Below are positions 41,422-52,300 of a stretch of 58,765 nt of DNA, in pieces (positions within the stretch are counted from its first letter, which is position 1; every line of letters starts with the position of its first letter). The notes under the pieces are model-generated. The model was not told the origin of the DNA and made no database searches. It saw only the letters and a list, made by a program, of their open reading frames with translations. The DNA is from a phage. The stretch is taken from sequence record PX530564.1, one strand, 5' to 3'. The translations under genes and the position numbers were made by a program.

Positions 41422-41550
41422 ATGCTTACTATCGGTCTACTCACCGCTCTAGGTCTAGCTGTAGGCGCATCCTTTGGGAAGTCCTTAGGCGTAGCTGTAG
41501 GCGCTTACTTGGTCGCTTGTATCATTACGGGAGCACTGCGCAAATGCTGA
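41422..41550 (+). CDS. 0.5: gene 0.5 small membrane protein, second copy
   Basis: ATG 41422, MLTIGLLTALGLAVGASFGKSLGVAVGAYLVACIITGALRKC. Confidence 0.6.
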   Translation: MLTIGLLTALGLAVGASFGKSLGVAVGAYLVACIITGALRKC

Positions 41551-41706
41551 AACACTACGTTATGCCTATCCACACATCCAACGGGTCTACAGTATGCACA
41601 CCTGATGGGTTCGCAATGAAACAACGAATCGAACGCCTTAAGCGTGAACTGCGCATCAACCGCAAGATTAACAAGATAGGTTCCAGCTATGACAGAACTC
41701 ACTGAT
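41545..41706 (+). CDS. 0.6: gene 0.6A (53 aa); the overlapping frame 41689..41907 may give a 0.6B-type extension
   Basis: ATG 41545, MLKHYVMPIHTSNGSTVCTPDGFAMKQRIERLKRELRINRKINKIGSSYDRTH; overlapping ORF 41689..41907 in ORF track. Confidence 0.6.
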
Positions 41707-41928
41707 GGCTTAAAGAAAGGTTACATGACCAACGGTACACTATACGCTGCAAATAGGCGAATAGTGAGAACTTGGCGAGAGAACAACCTTGAACGCCGTA
41801 AGGCCCAAGAAAGGGCGGCATGGCATCGGCGAAAGGAAAAGGTTAAAGCCAAGAAACTCGCCGCACTTGAAAAGGCACTAGCCAATACACTGAACGCTAT
41901 CTCATAACGAACTAAAGGACACACTGAA

Positions 41929-42987
<1,059 letters not shown>

Positions 42988-43000
42988 TACGTGATGATAT

Positions 43001-43023
43001 TAATTAGACTCACTAAAGGAGGT
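43001..43023 (+). promoter_or_regulatory. T7 RNAP promoter (phi4.3-type) upstream of HNH gene
   Basis: TAATTAGACTCACTAAAGGAGGT. Confidence 0.65.
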
Positions 43024-43029
43024 AGCCAC

Positions 43030-43449
43030 ATGAGCACTGACTTAGAGAGACTTGAAAGATTCTTGAAGATTGAGGGCGATTGCTGGCTGTTCACTGGCGG
43101 CAAGTCACATGCCTACGGAGTGTTCTGGATGGGTGGTAAGAATCACAAGGCACATAGGGCTGCCTTCGAACTTTATAATGGGAGGAAACCTAATGGTGTT
43201 ATATTACACTCTTGTGATAATCCTTTGTGCTGCAATCCCGCTCATCTATCTGAGGGAACTCAGCTTGATAATATGGTGGACATGGTTAGAAAGGGACGCT
43301 CGTTAAAGGGTACGAAGAATCCCGCATGTAAGTTTACCGATGAGGATGTCAAGTTCATTCAGGAGTCTACCATGAAGGTCAAAGATTTAGCCACTCTATT
43401 CGGAGTGACGCGCCAAACAATAACCAGATGGAGGAAACACCATGTTTAA
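43030..43449 (+). CDS. HNH homing-endonuclease-like protein with C-terminal helix-turn-helix (139 aa) between gene 4 and gene 4.3
   Basis: ATG 43030 with AAGGAGG RBS inside ORF 42991..43449; ..HRAAFELYNGRKPNGVILHSCDNPLCCNPAHLSEGTQLDN.. and C-terminal ..LATLFGVTRQTITRWRK. Confidence 0.75.
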   Translation: MSTDLERLERFLKIEGDCWLFTGGKSHAYGVFWMGGKNHKAHRAAFELYNGRKPNGVILHSCDNPLCCNPAHLSEGTQLDNMVDMVRKGRSLKGTKNPACKFTDEDVKFIQESTMKVKDLATLFGVTRQTITRWRKHHV

Positions 43450-43654
43450 ACTGATTAAGAAGTTGGGCAAACTGCTGGTTCGTTTGTATAACGTGGAAGC
43501 CAAGCGACTGAACGACGAGGCCCGTAATGAAGCCACACAGTCCCGCGCTCTGGCTATCCGCTCTAACGAACTGGCTGACAGCGCATCAAATAAAGTTACC
43601 GAGGCAGCTCGCGTAGCCAACCAAGCTCAACAACTTTCCAAATTCTTTGAGTAA
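43442..43654 (+). CDS. 4.3: gene 4.3 protein (70 aa), block D copy
   Basis: ORF track. Confidence 0.8.
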   Translation: MFKLIKKLGKLLVRLYNVEAKRLNDEARNEATQSRALAIRSNELADSASNKVTEAARVANQAQQLSKFFE

Positions 43655-43673
43655 TCAAACAGGAGAAACCATC

Positions 43674-43943
43674 ATGTCTAACGTAGCTGAAACTATCCGT
43701 CTATCCGATACCGCTGACCAGTGGAACCGTCGAGTCCACATCAACGTTCGCAACGGTAAGGCGACTATGGTTTACCGCTGGAAGGACTCTAAGTCCTCTA
43801 AGAATCACACTCAGCGTATGACATTGACTGACGAGCAAGCACTGCGTCTGGTCAATGCGCTTACCAAAGCTGCCGTGACCGCAATTCATGAGGCTGGTCG
43901 CGTTGATGAAGCTATGGCTATCCTCGACAAGATTGACAGCTAA
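43674..43943 (+). CDS. 4.5: gene 4.5 protein (89 aa), block D copy
   Basis: ATG 43674 inside ORF 43647..43943. Confidence 0.8.
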   Translation: MSNVAETIRLSDTADQWNRRVHINVRNGKATMVYRWKDSKSSKNHTQRMTLTDEQALRLVNALTKAAVTAIHEAGRVDEAMAILDKIDS

Positions 43944-43984
43944 GAGTGGTATGCTCAAGGTCGCCCAAGCGGTGGCCTTCATGA

Positions 43985-44008
43985 ATACTATTCGACTCAC
44001 TATAGGAG
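43985..44008 (+). promoter_or_regulatory. T7 RNAP promoter phi4.7-like (block D copy)
   Basis: ACTATTCGACTCACTATAGGAGAT. Confidence 0.7.
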
Positions 44009-44016
44009 ATATGACC

Positions 44017-44424
44017 ATGCGTGACCCTAAAGTTATCCAAGCAGAAATCGCTAAACTGGAAGCTGAACTTGAGGACGTTAAGTACCATGAAGCCAAGACT
44101 CGCTCCGCTGTTCACATTTTGAAGAACTTAGGGTGGACTTGGACACGACAGACTGGCTGGAAGAAGCCGGAAGTTTACAAGTTGAGCCACAAGGTGTTCG
44201 ATAAGGACACTATGACCCACATCAAGGCTGGTGATTGGGTTAAGGTTGACATGGGAGTTGTTGGTGGGTACGGCTATGTCCGCTCAGTGAGTGGCAAATA
44301 CGCACAAGTGTCATACATCACTGGCGTTACTCCGCGAGGAGCAATCGTTGCAGACAAGACCAACATGATTCACACAGGCTTCTTGACAGTTGTCTCGTAT
44401 GAAGAGATTGTTAAGTCACGATAA
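44017..44424 (+). CDS. 4.7: gene 4.7 protein (135 aa), block D copy
   Basis: ATG 44017 (MRDPKVIQ..) inside ORF 43888..44424. Confidence 0.8.
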   Translation: MRDPKVIQAEIAKLEAELEDVKYHEAKTRSAVHILKNLGWTWTRQTGWKKPEVYKLSHKVFDKDTMTHIKAGDWVKVDMGVVGGYGYVRSVSGKYAQVSYITGVTPRGAIVADKTNMIHTGFLTVVSYEEIVKSR

Positions 44425-44442
44425 TCAATAGGAGAAATCAAT

Positions 44443-46557
44443 ATGATCGTTTCTGACATCGAAGCTAACGCCCTCTTAGAGAGCGTCACTAAGTTCCACT
44501 GCGGGGTTATCTACGACTACTCCACCGCTGAGTACGTAAGCTACCGTCCGAGTGACTTCGGTGCGTATCTGGATGCGCTGGAAGCCGAGGTTGCACGAGG
44601 CGGTCTTATTGTGTTCCACAACGGTCACAAGTATGACGTTCCCGCATTGACCAAACTGGCAAAGCTACAATTGAACCGAGAGTTCCACCTTCCTCGTGAG
44701 AACTGTATCGACACCCTTGTGCTGTCACGCTTGATTCACTCTAACCTAAAGGACACCGATATGGGTCTTCTGCGTTCCGGTAAACTGCCTGGGAAACGCT
44801 TTGGGTCTCACGCTCTGGAGGCGTGGGGTTATCGCTTAGGAGAGATGAAGGGTGAATACAAGGATGACTTTAAGCGTATGCTTGAAGAGCAAGGTGAAGA
44901 ATACGTTGACGGAATGGAGTGGTGGAACTTCAACGAAGAGATGATGGACTATAACGTTCAGGACGTTGTTGTCACTAAGGCTCTCCTTGAGAAGCTACTC
45001 TCTGACAAACATTACTTCCCTCCTGAGATTGACTTTACGGACGTAGGTTACACTACGTTCTGGTCAGAATCCCTTGAGGCCGTTGATGTTGAACATCGCG
45101 CTGCATGGCTACTCGCTAAGCAAGAGCGCAATGGATTCCCGTTTGACACTAAAGCAATCGAAGAGTTGTACGTAGAGTTAGCTGCTCGACGCTCTGAGTT
45201 GCTCCGTAAATTGACCGAAACGTTCGGCTCGTGGTATCAGCCTAAAGGTGGCACAGAAATGTTCTGCCATCCGAGGACTGGTAAGCCATTGCCTAAATAC
45301 CCTCGCATTAAGACACCTAAAGTTGGTGGTATCTTTAAGAAGCCTAAGAACAAGGCACAGCGAGAAGGCCGTGAGCCTTGCGAACTGGATACCCGCGAGT
45401 ACGTTGCTGGTGCTCCGTATACTCCAGTTGAGCACGTAGTGTTTAACCCTTCGTCTCGTGACCACATCCAGAAGAAACTCCAAGAGGCTGGATGGGTCCC
45501 AACCAAGTACACCGATAAGGGCGCTCCTGTGGTGGACGATGAGGTACTCGAAGGAGTGCGTGTGGATGACCCTGAGAAGCAAGCTGCTATCGACCTCATT
45601 AAAGAATACTTGATGATTCAGAAGAGAATCGGACAGTCCGCTGAGGGAGACAAGGCTTGGCTTCGCTATGTTGCCGAGGACGGTAAGATTCATGGTTCTG
45701 TTAACCCTAATGGAGCAGTTACGGGTCGTGCTACCCATGCGTTCCCCAACCTTGCGCAAATTCCGGGTGTACGTTCTCCTTATGGAGAGCAGTGTCGCGC
45801 TGCTTTTGGCGCTGAGCACCATTTGGATGGGATAACTGGTAAGCCTTGGGTGCAGGCAGGTATCGACGCATCCGGTCTGGAGCTACGCTGCTTGGCTCAC
45901 TTCATGGCTCGCTTTGATAACGGCGAGTACGCTCACGAGATTCTTAATGGTGACATTCACACTAAGAACCAGATGGCTGCTGAATTGCCTACCCGTGATA
46001 ACGCTAAGACGTTCATCTATGGGTTCCTTTATGGGGCTGGCGATGAGAAGATTGGGCAGATTGTCGGTGCTGGTAAAGAGCGCGGTAAGGAACTCAAGAA
46101 GAAATTCCTTGAGAACACCCCTGCGATTGCAGCACTACGTGAGTCTATCCAACAGACCCTTGTTGAGTCCTCTCAGTGGGTGGCTGGTGAACAGCAAGTC
46201 AAGTGGAAACGCCGCTGGATTAAAGGTCTGGATGGTCGTAAGGTACACGTCCGTAGTCCTCACGCTGCCTTGAATACCCTACTACAATCTGCTGGTGCTC
46301 TCATCTGCAAACTGTGGATTATCAAGACCGAAGAGATGCTCGTAGAGAAAGGCTTGAAGCACGGCTGGGATGGGGACTTTGCGTACATGGCATGGGTACA
46401 TGATGAAATCCAAGTAGGTTGCCGTACCGAAGAGATTGCTCAGGTTGTCATTGAGACAGCACAAGAAGCAATGCGCTGGGTTGGAGACCACTGGAACTTC
46501 CGGTGTCTTCTGGATACCGAAGGTAAGATGGGTCCTAATTGGGCCGTATGTCACTAA
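44443..46557 (+). CDS. 5: gene 5 DNA polymerase (704 aa), block D copy
   Basis: ORF track; near-identical to 6082..8196. Confidence 0.97.
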   Translation: MIVSDIEANALLESVTKFHCGVIYDYSTAEYVSYRPSDFGAYLDALEAEVARGGLIVFHNGHKYDVPALTKLAKLQLNREFHLPRENCIDTLVLSRLIHSNLKDTDMGLLRSGKLPGKRFGSHALEAWGYRLGEMKGEYKDDFKRMLEEQGEEYVDGMEWWNFNEEMMDYNVQDVVVTKALLEKLLSDKHYFPPEIDFTDVGYTTFWSESLEAVDVEHRAAWLLAKQERNGFPFDTKAIEELYVELAARRSELLRKLTETFGSWYQPKGGTEMFCHPRTGKPLPKYPRIKTPKVGGIFKKPKNKAQREGREPCELDTREYVAGAPYTPVEHVVFNPSSRDHIQKKLQEAGWVPTKYTDKGAPVVDDEVLEGVRVDDPEKQAAIDLIKEYLMIQKRIGQSAEGDKAWLRYVAEDGKIHGSVNPNGAVTGRATHAFPNLAQIPGVRSPYGEQCRAAFGAEHHLDGITGKPWVQAGIDASGLELRCLAHFMARFDNGEYAHEILNGDIHTKNQMAAELPTRDNAKTFIYGFLYGAGDEKIGQIVGAGKERGKELKKKFLENTPAIAALRESIQQTLVESSQWVAGEQQVKWKRRWIKGLDGRKVHVRSPHAALNTLLQSAGALICKLWIIKTEEMLVEKGLKHGWDGDFAYMAWVHDEIQVGCRTEEIAQVVIETAQEAMRWVGDHWNFRCLLDTEGKMGPNWAVCH

Positions 46558-46576
46558 TTCTATAGGAGAAATTATT

Positions 46577-46873
46577 ATGGCTATCACGAAGAAATTTAAA
46601 GTGTCCTTTGATGTTACCCTTAAGCTGGACAGCGAGACCGAAGAACTTATGCGAGAAAAGATTCTGGACTTAGCTCATCGTGCTGGCGCTGGTGAGGAGA
46701 TTGGTCCTATGGACCGAGAGTTGTTAGTTCAGGCCCTGACACGCGGCCCAGATGGTGCTGCTGCATTTGCTGTACGACAAGGTATCCGTAATGCTGTCAA
46801 GGAGATGTTCGAAGATTCTAGTGATAAAGCACTGTTCAAACAGTCTCCTGCAACTGTACGGGAGGTGTTCTGA
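46577..46873 (+). CDS. 5.5: gene 5.5 protein, divergent allele (98 aa)
   Basis: ATG 46577 inside ORF 46436..46873; conserved ends MA.TKKFKVSFDVT.. and ..KQSPATVREVF with a divergent centre. Confidence 0.8.
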   Translation: MAITKKFKVSFDVTLKLDSETEELMREKILDLAHRAGAGEEIGPMDRELLVQALTRGPDGAAAFAVRQGIRNAVKEMFEDSSDKALFKQSPATVREVF

Positions 46874-47082
46874 TGTCTGACTATCTGAAAGTGCTGCAAG
46901 CAATCAAAGGTTGCCCTAAGACTTTCCAGTCCAACTATGTACGGAACAACGCGAGCCTCGTAGCGGAGGCCGCTTCCCGTGGTCACATCTCATGTCTGAC
47001 TACAAGCGGACGAAACGGTGGTGCTTGGGAAATCACTGCTTCTGGTACTCGCTTTCTGAAACGAATGGGAGGGTGTGTCTGA
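46873..47082 (+). CDS. 5.7: gene 5.7 protein (69 aa), block D copy
   Basis: ORF track; identical protein to 8754..8963. Confidence 0.8.
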   Translation: MSDYLKVLQAIKGCPKTFQSNYVRNNASLVAEAASRGHISCLTTSGRNGGAWEITASGTRFLKRMGGCV

Positions 47083-47240
47083 TGGTGCGTGACACTGTAA
47101 CAATTCCTCGTGATGCGTGGAACGATATGCAGGGTTATATTGATTCTCTGGAACGTGAGAACGATAGCCTTAAGAACCAACTTATGGAAGCTGACGAATA
47201 CGTGGCTGAGCTAGAGGAGAAACTTAATGGCGCTTCTTGA
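47082..47240 (+). CDS. 5.9: gene 5.9 protein (52 aa), block D copy
   Basis: ATG 47082 inside ORF 46992..47240. Confidence 0.75.
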   Translation: MVRDTVTIPRDAWNDMQGYIDSLERENDSLKNQLMEADEYVAELEEKLNGAS

Positions 47241-48129
47241 CCTTAAACAATTCTACGAGTTACGTGAAGGCTGTAACGACAAGGGTATCCTTGTGATGGA
47301 TGGTGACTGGCTGGTCTTCCAAGCTATGAGTGCTGCCGAGTTTGATGCCTCTTGGGAGGAAGAGATTTGGCACCGCTGCTGCGACCACGCTAAGGCCCGT
47401 AAGATTCTGGATGATTCCATCAAGTCCTATGAGACCCGTAAGAAGGCTTGGGTAGGTGCTCCGATTGTCCTTGCGTTCACAGATAGTGTCAACTGGCGTA
47501 AAGAACTGGTGGACCCGAACTACAAGGCTAACCGTAAGGCCACGAAGAAACCTGTAGGTTACTTTGAGTTCCTTGATGCTCTCTTTGAGCGTGAAGAGTT
47601 CTACTGCATTCGTGAGCCTATGCTTGAGGGAGATGACGTTATGGGAGTGATTGCTTCCAATCCGTCTGCCTTCGGTGCCCGTAAGGCGGTAATCATCTCG
47701 TGTGATAAGGACTTCAAGACCATCCCTAACTGTGACTTCTTGTGGTGTACCACTGGTAACATCCTGACTCAGACCGAAGAGTCCGCTGACTGGTGGCACC
47801 TATTCCAGACAATCAAGGGTGATATTACCGATGGTTACTCAGGGATTGCCGGATGGGGTGATACCGCTGAGGACTTCTTGAATAACCCGTTCATTACCGA
47901 GCCTAAGACCTCTGTGCTTAAGTCTGGTAAGAACAAAGGGCAGGAGGTAACTAAGTGGGTTAAACGCGACCCTGAGCCTCATGAGACGCTTTGGGACTGC
48001 ATTAAGTCCATTGGTGCGAAGGCTGGTATGACCGAAGAGGATGTCATCAAGCAGGGCCAAATGGCTCGCATCCTACGGTTCAATGAGTACAACTTTATTG
48101 ACAAGGAGATTTACCTGTGGAGACCGTAG
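47227..48129 (+). CDS. 6: gene 6 5'-3' exonuclease (300 aa), block D copy
   Basis: ORF track. Confidence 0.92.
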   Translation: MALLDLKQFYELREGCNDKGILVMDGDWLVFQAMSAAEFDASWEEEIWHRCCDHAKARKILDDSIKSYETRKKAWVGAPIVLAFTDSVNWRKELVDPNYKANRKATKKPVGYFEFLDALFEREEFYCIREPMLEGDDVMGVIASNPSAFGARKAVIISCDKDFKTIPNCDFLWCTTGNILTQTEESADWWHLFQTIKGDITDGYSGIAGWGDTAEDFLNNPFITEPKTSVLKSGKNKGQEVTKWVKRDPEPHETLWDCIKSIGAKAGMTEEDVIKQGQMARILRFNEYNFIDKEIYLWRP

Positions 48130-48250
48130 CGTATATTGGCATTGGTCTTTGTGTCCTCGGAATTGGCCTCATTGCGTGGGGCCTTTGGGACTTAGCCCGA
48201 ATAATCAAGTCCTTACACGACACTAAGTGATAAACTCAAGGTCCCTAAAT

Positions 48251-48273
48251 TAATACGACTCACTATAGGGAGA
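48251..48273 (+). promoter_or_regulatory. T7 RNAP class III promoter phi6.5-like (block D copy)
   Basis: TAATACGACTCACTATAGGGAGA. Confidence 0.9.
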
Positions 48274-48327
48274 TAGGGGCCTTTATGATTATTACTTTAA
48301 GATTTAACTCTAAGAGGAATCTTTATC

Positions 48328-48582
48328 ATGTTAACACCTATTAGCCAATTACTTAAGAACCCTAACGATATTCCAGACGTGCCTCGTGCAACCGCTGAGT
48401 ATCTACAGGTTCGATTCAACCATGCGTATCTCGAAGCGTCTGGTCATATAGGACTTATGCGTGCTAATGGTTGCAGTGAAGCCCACATCTTGGGTTTCAT
48501 TCAGGGCCTACAGTATGCCTCTAACGTCATTGACGAGATTGAGTTACGCAAGGAACAACTAAGAGATGATTTGGAGGATTGA
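48328..48582 (+). CDS. 6.5: gene 6.5 protein (84 aa), block D copy
   Basis: ORF track. Confidence 0.8.
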   Translation: MLTPISQLLKNPNDIPDVPRATAEYLQVRFNHAYLEASGHIGLMRANGCSEAHILGFIQGLQYASNVIDEIELRKEQLRDDLED

Positions 48583-48586
48583 CACT

Positions 48587-48720
48587 ATGTGTTTCTCACC
48601 GAAAATTAAAACTCCGAAGATGGATACCAATCAGATTCGAGCCGTTGAGCCAGCGCCTCTGACCCAAGAAGTGTCAAGCGTGGAGTTCGGTGGGTCTTCT
48701 GATGAGACGGATACCGAAGG
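48587..48720 (+). pseudogene. 6.7: gene 6.7 5' portion (about 45 codons) truncated by deletion junction
   Basis: ATG 48587, MCFSPKIKTPKMDTNQIRAVEPAPLTQEVSSVEFGGSSDETDTEG, then sequence switches to the gene 15 3' region at 48721. Confidence 0.8.
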
Positions 48721-49278
48721 CCTGAGATTGCCCGTATGCCAGCGTCACTGCGTGAGTCTGCGCGTAAGATTTATGACTCAGTTAAATATCGCTCAGGGAA
48801 CGAAAGTATGGCTATGGAGCAGATGACCAAGTTCCTTAAGGAATCTACCTACACGTTCACTGGTGACGATGTTGGTGGTGATACCGTTGGTGTAATTCCG
48901 AAGAACATGATGCAAGTCAACTCTGACCCGAAATCATGGGAGCAAGGTCGCGATATTCTGGAGGAAGCACGTAAGGGAATCATTGCGAGCAACCCTTGGA
49001 TAACCAACAAGCAACTGACCATGTATTCTCAAGGTGACTCCATTTACCTCATGGACACCACTGGTCAAGTCCGCGTCCGTTATGATAAAGAGTTACTATC
49101 GAAGGTATGGAGTGAGAACCAGAAGAAACTCGAAGAGAAGGCTCGCGAGAAGGCTCTGACTGATGTTAACAAGCGAGCACCTATCGTTGCCGCTAAGAAG
49201 GCCCGTGAAGCTGCTGCTAAACGAGTCCGAGAGAAACGTAAACAGACTCCGAAGTTCATCTATGGACGTAAGGAGTAA
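48721..49278 (+). pseudogene. 15: 3' portion of gene 15 (last ~185 codons) without native start
   Basis: In gene-15 frame ..PEIARMPASLRESARKIYDSVKYRSGNE.. matching the C-terminus of 19545..21788; ORF track 48736..49278. Confidence 0.85.
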
Positions 49279-49304
49279 CTAAAGGCTACATAAGGAGGCC
49301 CTAA

Positions 49305-52300
49305 ATGGATAAGTACGATAAGAACGTACCAAGTGATTATGATGGTCTGTTCCAAAAGGCGGCTGATGCCAACGGGGTCTCGTATGACCTTTTACGTAAA
49401 GTCGCTTGGACGGAATCACGCTTTGTACCTACAGCAAAATCTAAGACTGGACCATTAGGCATGATGCAGTTCACCAAGGCAACCGCTAAGGCACTTGGTC
49501 TGCGAGTTACCGATGGTCCAGATGATGACCGACTAAACCCTGAGTTGGCTATCAATGCTGCCGCCAAGCACCTTGCAGGTCTGGTAGGGAAGTTTGATGG
49601 CGATGAACTCAAAGCTGCCCTTGCATACAACCAAGGCGAGGGACGCTTGGGTAATCCTCAACTTGAGGCGTACTCTAAGGGAGACTTCGCGTCCATCTCT
49701 GAGGAAGGACGGAACTACATGCGTAACCTTCTGGATGTTGCTAAGTCACCTATGGCTGGACAGTTAGAAACTTTTGGAGGTATCACCCCAAAGGGTAAAG
49801 GCATTCCGGCTGACGTTGGACTAGCTGGAATAGACCATAGTCAGAAAGTAACACAGGAACTTCCTGAGTCCACAAGTTTTGACGTTAAAGGTATCGAACA
49901 GGAGGCTCCGGCGAAACCATTCGCCAAGGACTTTTGGGAGACCCACGGAGAAACACTTGATGAGTACAACAGTCGTTCAACCTTCTTCGGATTCAAAAAT
50001 GCTGCCGAAGCTGAACTCTCCAACTCAGTCGCTGGGATGGCTTTCCGTGCTGGTCGCCTCGATAATGGTTTTGATGTGTTTAAAGACACCATTACGCCGA
50101 CTCGCTGGAACTCTCACATCTGGACTCCAGAAGAGTTAGAGAAGATTCGAACTGAGGTTAAGAACCCTGCGTATATCAACGTGGTAACTGGTGGTTCTCC
50201 TGAGAATCTTGACGACCTCATTAAGCTGGCTAACGAGAACTTTGAGAATGACTCACTCGCTGCCGAAGCTGGCCTCGGTGCTAAACTGAGTGCTGGCATT
50301 ATTGGCGCTGGTGTGGACCCTCTTAGTTATGTTCCCATGGTTGGTGTAACTGGTAAGGGCTTTAAGTTAATCAATAAGGCTCTTGTGGTTGGTGCAGAAA
50401 GTGCTGCGCTGAACGTTGCATCCGAAGGTCTCCGCACATCCGTAGCTGGTGGCGATGCAGATTATGCTGGTGCTGCCTTAGGTGGCTTTGTGTTTGGCGC
50501 TGGTATGTCTGCAATCAGTGATGCTGTAGCTGCTGGTCTGAAACGTAGTAAACCAGAAGCTGAGTTCGACAATGAGTTCATTGGTCCCATGATGCGGATG
50601 GAAGCCCGTGAGACAGCGCGTAACGCCAACTCTGCGGACCTCTCTCGGATGAACACTGAGAACATGAAGTTTGAAGGTGAATACAAAGGCGTTCCATATG
50701 AGGAACTTCCGACCGAAAAGGGTGCTGTGGTTCTCCATGACGGCTCCATACTTAGTGCGAGCAACCCAATCAACCCCAAGACTCTCAAAGAGTTCTCCGA
50801 GGTTGACCCTGAGAAAGCGGCACGAGGAATCAAACTAGCAGGGTTCACTGAGATAGGGTTAAAGACCTTAGGCTCAGACGACGCTGATATTCGACGGGTA
50901 GCTATTGACCTAGTGCGGTCTCCTACCGGAATGCAATCAGGTTCCTCAGGGAAGTATGGTTCAACAGCTTCGGACATTTTCGAGAAACTTCGTGGCACTG
51001 ACCAGCGTACTTACAACGACTTGTATAAGGCGATGTCTGACGCGATGAAAGACCCTGAGTTCTCCACTGGCGGCGCTAAGATGTCTCGCGAAGAAGCTCG
51101 TTACACTATCGAGCGTCGAGTGTCCTTGGCTATTGAGAACCCTGAGCTACAGAAGGCTTTAACTCCTAACGAGCGAATCGTAATGGACATCGTTAAGCGA
51201 CATTATGACACCAAGCGTGAACTTATGGAGAACCCTGCGGTCTTTGGTAACACGAAGGCTGTGAGTATCTTTCCGGAGAGTAGACACAAGGGAACATATG
51301 TTCCACATGTGTACGACAAGTACGCTAAGGCACTCAAAATTCAACAATATGGTGCTGAGGGCTTACAGGAAGGTATCGCTCGGTCATGGATGTGTAGCTA
51401 CGATTTGAGGCCTGCGGTAAAGGCCCGTATTGACGAAGCACTTAAAGAGATGCACGGTGTAGAGGAAGTCACACATGATATGGTGTATAAGTACGCTATG
51501 GATAAAGCATACGGTATCTCTCACTCAGACAGGTTCACTAATAGCTCCATCATTGAGGAGAACATTGAGGGTCTTGTTGGTATTGAGAATAACTCATTCC
51601 TTGAAGCACGAAACCTCTTTGACTCCGACTTAGCAATCACCATGCCAGATGGTCAGCAATTCTCTGTGAACGATTTGAGGGACTTTAGTATGTTCCGTAT
51701 CATGCCAGCGTATGACCGCCGTATCAACGGTGACATAGCCATCATGGGGTCTACCGGTAAAACCACTAAGGAACTTAAGGATGAGATTTTGGCTCTCAAA
51801 GCGAAAGCTGAGGGTGACGGTAAGAAGACTGGCGAGGTTCATGCTCTAATGGATACCGTTAAGATTCTTACTGGTCGTGCTCGACGCAATCAGGACACTG
51901 TGTGGGAAACCTCACTGCGTGCCATTAATGACCTAGGGTTCTTCGCCAAGAACGCCTATATGGGTGCTCAGAACCTTACGGAGATTGCTGGGATGATTGC
52001 CACGGGTAACGTGCGTGCTCTTGGTCACGGTATCCCAATTCTACGTGATACACTCTACAAGTCTAAACCAGTTTCCGCTAAGGAACTTAAGGAACTCCAT
52101 GCGTCTCTGTTCGGGAAGGAGGTGGACCAGTTGATTAGACCTCAACGTGCTGACATAGTGCAGCGTCTAAGGGAAGCAACTGACACAGGGCCTGTTGTGG
52201 CGAACATCGTAGGAACCTTAAAGTATTCCACACAGGAACTAGCTGCTCGCTCTCCATGGACTAAGCTGCTTAATGGAACCACTAACTACCTTCTTGATGC

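Noticed and set aside
48131-48229. Gene 6.3 in block D
   Set aside because: The sequence homologous to the block A gene 6.3 lacks an ATG start (ATTGGCATTGG instead of ATCGGTATGGG), so a CDS is not called; it may use a non-canonical start or be inactive.
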